DNA of 63,199 nucleotides, the filler included, from Octopus bimaculoides (lineage: Eukaryota): NCBI RefSeq assembly GCF_001194135.2. It is 9 parts of 9 records of this genome, joined end to end, with 100 filler letters (N's around TTAATTAATTAA, not from the genome) between each part and the next. Parts side by side here need not be neighbours in the genome. Positions count along the whole stretch, not along the records: positions 51,157 to 60,953 come from NC_068984.1; positions 61,054 to 63,199 come from NW_026429159.1; 7 more parts are not named here. The stretch is one strand, 5' to 3'. This document shows, one piece after another, positions 59,431-63,199 of this stretch. A program made the position numbers and the translations under genes. Every line of letters begins with the position of its first letter. Positions within the stretch are counted from its first letter, which is position 1. The notes beneath the pieces were generated by a model. It did not search any database. It was given only the letters and a program-made list of their open reading frames with translations, and was not told the origin of the DNA.

Positions 59431-59814
59431 CACGCATATAAACGCATGAATATGTATATATGTATAAATGTATATACGTATGTATACATGCATACACACA
59501 CGCATATCTGCATGTTTGCGTGTGAATGCAATATGCAGTGGTACACAAAGGACTGAGATAAATAGATGGACGTATCATCAAAAAGCTATTGTTTATGAGT
59601 TAAAATATATTCACAGACAAGTTTTCCATTGAAGGTCAATCGCAGCGTATTTCTTACAGTCCACGCAAGCGCCGTATGAAATTACAACAGCCTTTTGAAA
59701 CATTTTATGCATACGCATAGTTATTTGCCTTCTGTTGACCTCTTGCACACATCTGAATAAATAAAAGCGAATATACAATTAGAGACAGAGTGAGGAGAGA
59801 GAAAATGAGGGAAA

Positions 59815-59818
<4 letters not shown>

Positions 59819-59882
<64 letters not shown>
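59819..59882. repeat. (GA)n microsatellite
   Basis: Direct run. Confidence 0.95.
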
Positions 59883-59886
<4 letters not shown>

Positions 59887-60140
59887 CACATTGGCAAGAA
59901 TATGGTTATACGATCAAAATAGCATTTCCGATCAGTAAATATAAAAATTCAGATTGATAAGAGACGAAGAATGAAGAGTTTATCAATTCTTTCAGTTCCA
60001 CAAAATATTCATTAACGATAATGATAATTTTTAATATAAGCACAAGGTGACAGATTTTATATATTCGTAAGATTGAAAATATATATGTTAATTAATATAT
60101 ATATACTTGCTATATATTTAAGATTTTCTGCTTATAGTCT

Positions 60141-60385
60141 GTGGAGGCACGTGGCCTAGTGGTTAGTGTGTTGGACTCTTGATCGTAAGACTGTGGTTTC
60201 CATTCCTTGACCGGAGACGTGTTGTGGTTCTTGAACAAAACACTTCATTTCACGTTGCTCCAGACTACTCAGTTGATAAAAATGAGTAATCCTATGATGG
60301 ACCGGCGTTGCACCCAGGCCGAGAATTTATACGCTATGGAAATAGGGAAACCGGCCCTTTTGAGTATCTGTGACTTAGGAAGGAT
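60141..60385 (+). mobile_element. SINE family 3, near full length
   Basis: GTGGAGGCACGTGGCCTAGTGGTTAG (A box), GGTTTCCATTCC (B-box-like), TTCTTGAACAAAACACTTCATTTCACGTTGCTCCAG body. Confidence 0.8.
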
Positions 60386-61053
60386 CTTTATCCTATCCTA
60401 TATGCTTATATTCTCCTAGCTGCGCACTCTACAGGTATTTTGCACTCCTTTTCTAAGAGAGTTATTTATTTCCCGATGATGATATGTTAAATGATTACAT
60501 TCTTTCCGTTGTTCGTTCCTGGTTAATTCATATATAATCGATTCATCTCCACTATATATAAAACAGAGATGTGTGTGTAATCGCTTATCACGTGAAAACG
60601 GCTTCACCATTTACTTCCATACTTGTAATACATGAATAATTTGACCTCGGATAAATCTTAGGCTCTTCATTTGATTTTTTTTTATCTCTAATTAAAAATA
60701 AATAATATTGCTTTATATTTAAGATTCACTTCTTTAAAAGGGTTTCTCAATGTCAACTTTCGGTACGGACATGAAAAAAAGGCGACGTCTCTCACTCTCT
60801 ACTTTTAATGTTCGCTTTCTGTAAACAACTACGATCAATTACTGAAACACATTTACGAAGTTCATAAATTTAAATATTCCGTACAAGATAGTTTTTAACG
60901 TGCTTTTATTTATACGATTTTTGGGCGTTCCATGTTCATCTCATTCATTCTTTNNNNNNNNNNNNNNNNNNNNNNNNNNNNNNNNNNNNNNNNNNNNTTA
61001 ATTAATTAANNNNNNNNNNNNNNNNNNNNNNNNNNNNNNNNNNNNNNNNNNNN

Positions 61054-61375
61054 GACCGGACTTTCAAAGAGGTCAAATTGTTCGTGCTCGTATGGCAGGC
61101 GCTAGCGTAACGAAAACAGCGGTAATGTTTCGTGCATCAAGAAGTACCGTCTCGAAAGTAATGAAAACCTTTGAGAAAGAGGGAAAAACCTCCTCATCGA
61201 AACAAAACTCTGGAAGAAAGCCAAAACTTTCAGATAGGGACCGTCGAACTCTTACGCGAATCGATAGAAAGGGTCACAAAAGTACAGCTCCCAAAATTAC
61301 TGCAGAGCTTAATGACCACCTTGAAAACCAAGTTTCCAAAAATCTGTTTGCCGGGAGCTGCACAAAGCCGGATAT
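61054..61375 (+). mobile_element. Tc1 transposase N-terminal fragment, same family as 34995-36334
   Basis: DFQRGQIV...MAGASVTKTAVMFRASRSTVSKVMKTFEKEGKTSSSKQNSGRKPKLSDRDRR...TAPKITAELN (paired-like HTH). Confidence 0.9.
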
Positions 61376-61581
61376 ATATAACGTAAAATATGAGAGAAAC
61401 AGTTTGATAAGATTATATTTAACAATAAGAAAATTCTAAAAACATGTAAACAATTTATTTTATAATATTTAATAATAAATAAATTGCTTACATGTCCGCA
61501 TTAATGTAAAATGCAAAATAATCTTTCAAAGTAATGTAGAATTTAAGCTACCTCCTCGGGCGAAAGGAAGTCTTTGTTAAA

Positions 61582-61723
61582 TATGTATGTATGTATGTAT
61601 GTATGTACGTATATATGTATGTGTGTGTATGTATGTATAGACAGACAGACAGACAGATAGACGGACAGACAGACAGATAGATAGACAGACAGATAGACAG
61701 ATAGATAAATAGATAGACAGACG

Positions 61724-61771
<48 letters not shown>

Positions 61772-61777
61772 TACATG

Positions 61778-61805
<28 letters not shown>
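61582..61805. repeat. Compound (TATG)n/(GACA)n/(GATA)n/(CATA)n microsatellite
   Basis: Direct runs. Confidence 0.95.
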
Positions 61806-61809
<4 letters not shown>

Positions 61810-62201
61810 CCACAATATCTCGCCATTTATATTTGATTGCCATTCCCCAGCAATATATACCAGCTTCTAAATTTGCCTATCGTTACCAACAGCTCGCTTT
61901 ATATTCGCCGCTGTTTTTATGTCTTCTTACAAATACATCAGACATTTTGTAAAGCCAGCCCTTGGCGAAATTGTCAAACTTGTAATAAATAATTGACGTC
62001 ACATCTTTTATTGGTTCTTTTTTGTTTATTTAATGACTGAAATTTGGGGTATTATTTTTGAGAACAGTTTATGTGTGTATGTATGCGTGCGTGCGTGTGC
62101 GAGAGATAGAGAGAGAGGGGGAGAAAAAGAGAGAGAGTGTGTGTTTGTATGAGTGTGCGAGGGAGAGAGGAGGGAGAGAAGGGGAAAAGGGTGTTTGTGT
62201 A

Positions 62202-62261
<60 letters not shown>

Positions 62262-63199
62262 AGAATTTAAAATTTAACACGAAAAACATTTATTGGTAGG
62301 TTTTTTTTAGAAGAAATTTACAGAACGGAGATTCATTTTCATTCATTTTCGGGAAAAAAAAAAGGAAAAAAAAACTTCTTTTAAAAGATTTCTTGTTTTC
62401 GCAAGTGGTAGATTAATGTCTTCAACTATCGCATTGAGAAATATATATGTGGGTGTATACATACATACAACGGCAGAGAGCGAAAAAGAATGAGTTACAT
62501 AACCAAAGCGGAAGTTATGCAATAGACAGACAGATTTAACAATTACAGTTATAACGAATGTGTGTGCGTATATAGATTTACAAACACATGCATATATATA
62601 TATATATGATATAGTATAATATAATATACAAGTAGTTTGCGTCAACTAGTGTAATGTTATATGTATATACTGCAAGAGCTCACTTTTGTTCACCACTAAA
62701 AATCTTGGCGTTCAGAGAAAGTCTATCGGAGGCGGCTAGAAGTGTTTTCTCCTTGAGCGGTAGGATATAGATTAAAATTAAGAAAAAAAAAGAAGGCAAA
62801 ACATTTGGCATAATTCGAAAAAGCAATATTTAACTTAGATAGAGAATATAAACAGACAGAGTCTCTTACAGCTGTTTCTAGAATAGCTTAAACATGTGAA
62901 TCTTCATGAGTTATCCAAGAATGACTCTGCCCAGACACAACAAAATATGCTTCAACACACGAACTCACATAAAGAATCTTATATAAAGTTCGTTTTCTGT
63001 TTTCGTTTTTATGTTTTCGTTTCTAATTGTGTTTAACGTTTGTTTGTGATGTCCTGTACCCATATATGCATGTATGTATACATATAGATGTAGGTATGTA
63101 CATATATGTATGGATATATGCATATATCTATATATTATTTATATTATTATATGATCGAACGCCACGCATTTGTTTAGTAAGTTTTATATATATATATAT

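Noticed and set aside
61376-61581. Sequence beside (TATG)n as another CATA-targeted insertion
   Set aside because: No REL C-terminal motif, no match to the A or B 3' UTRs and no CATA repeat at the far end.

Overview
AT-rich, gap-riddled eukaryotic scaffold made almost entirely of transposon debris and microsatellites. The repeat landscape points to an octopus genome (inference): several tRNA-headed SINE families, RTE 3' ends with (GAT)n tails, Penelope-like elements and very dense CA/TA/CATA repeats. I could not support any intact host protein-coding gene; there is one weak 87-nt exon candidate. Identified elements: a CsRn1/Kabuki-type Ty3/Gypsy LTR element (LTR, tRNA-Trp PBS, gag, decayed pol) fused to a Penelope-like element (PLE); five PLE fragments; RTE, L2/CR1 and R4/Dong-type LINE fragments; Tc1 and mariner pseudogenes and MITEs; and four SINE families. 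Most interesting signals: (1) four R4/Dong-like insertions at two loci, all joined to (CATA)n repeats in the same orientation and stacked in tandem, suggesting a microsatellite-targeted retrotransposon; (2) a 71-bp hairpin at 13462-13606 whose non-Watson-Crick pairs are mostly G.U on the + strand; (3) hammerhead-ribozyme motifs at PLE ends; (4) an unassigned 888-bp inverted-repeat element nested in a mariner MITE; (5) a 26-bp minisatellite derived from an RTE 3' UTR motif. All calls come from reading by eye and boundaries are approximate unless junctions are quoted.
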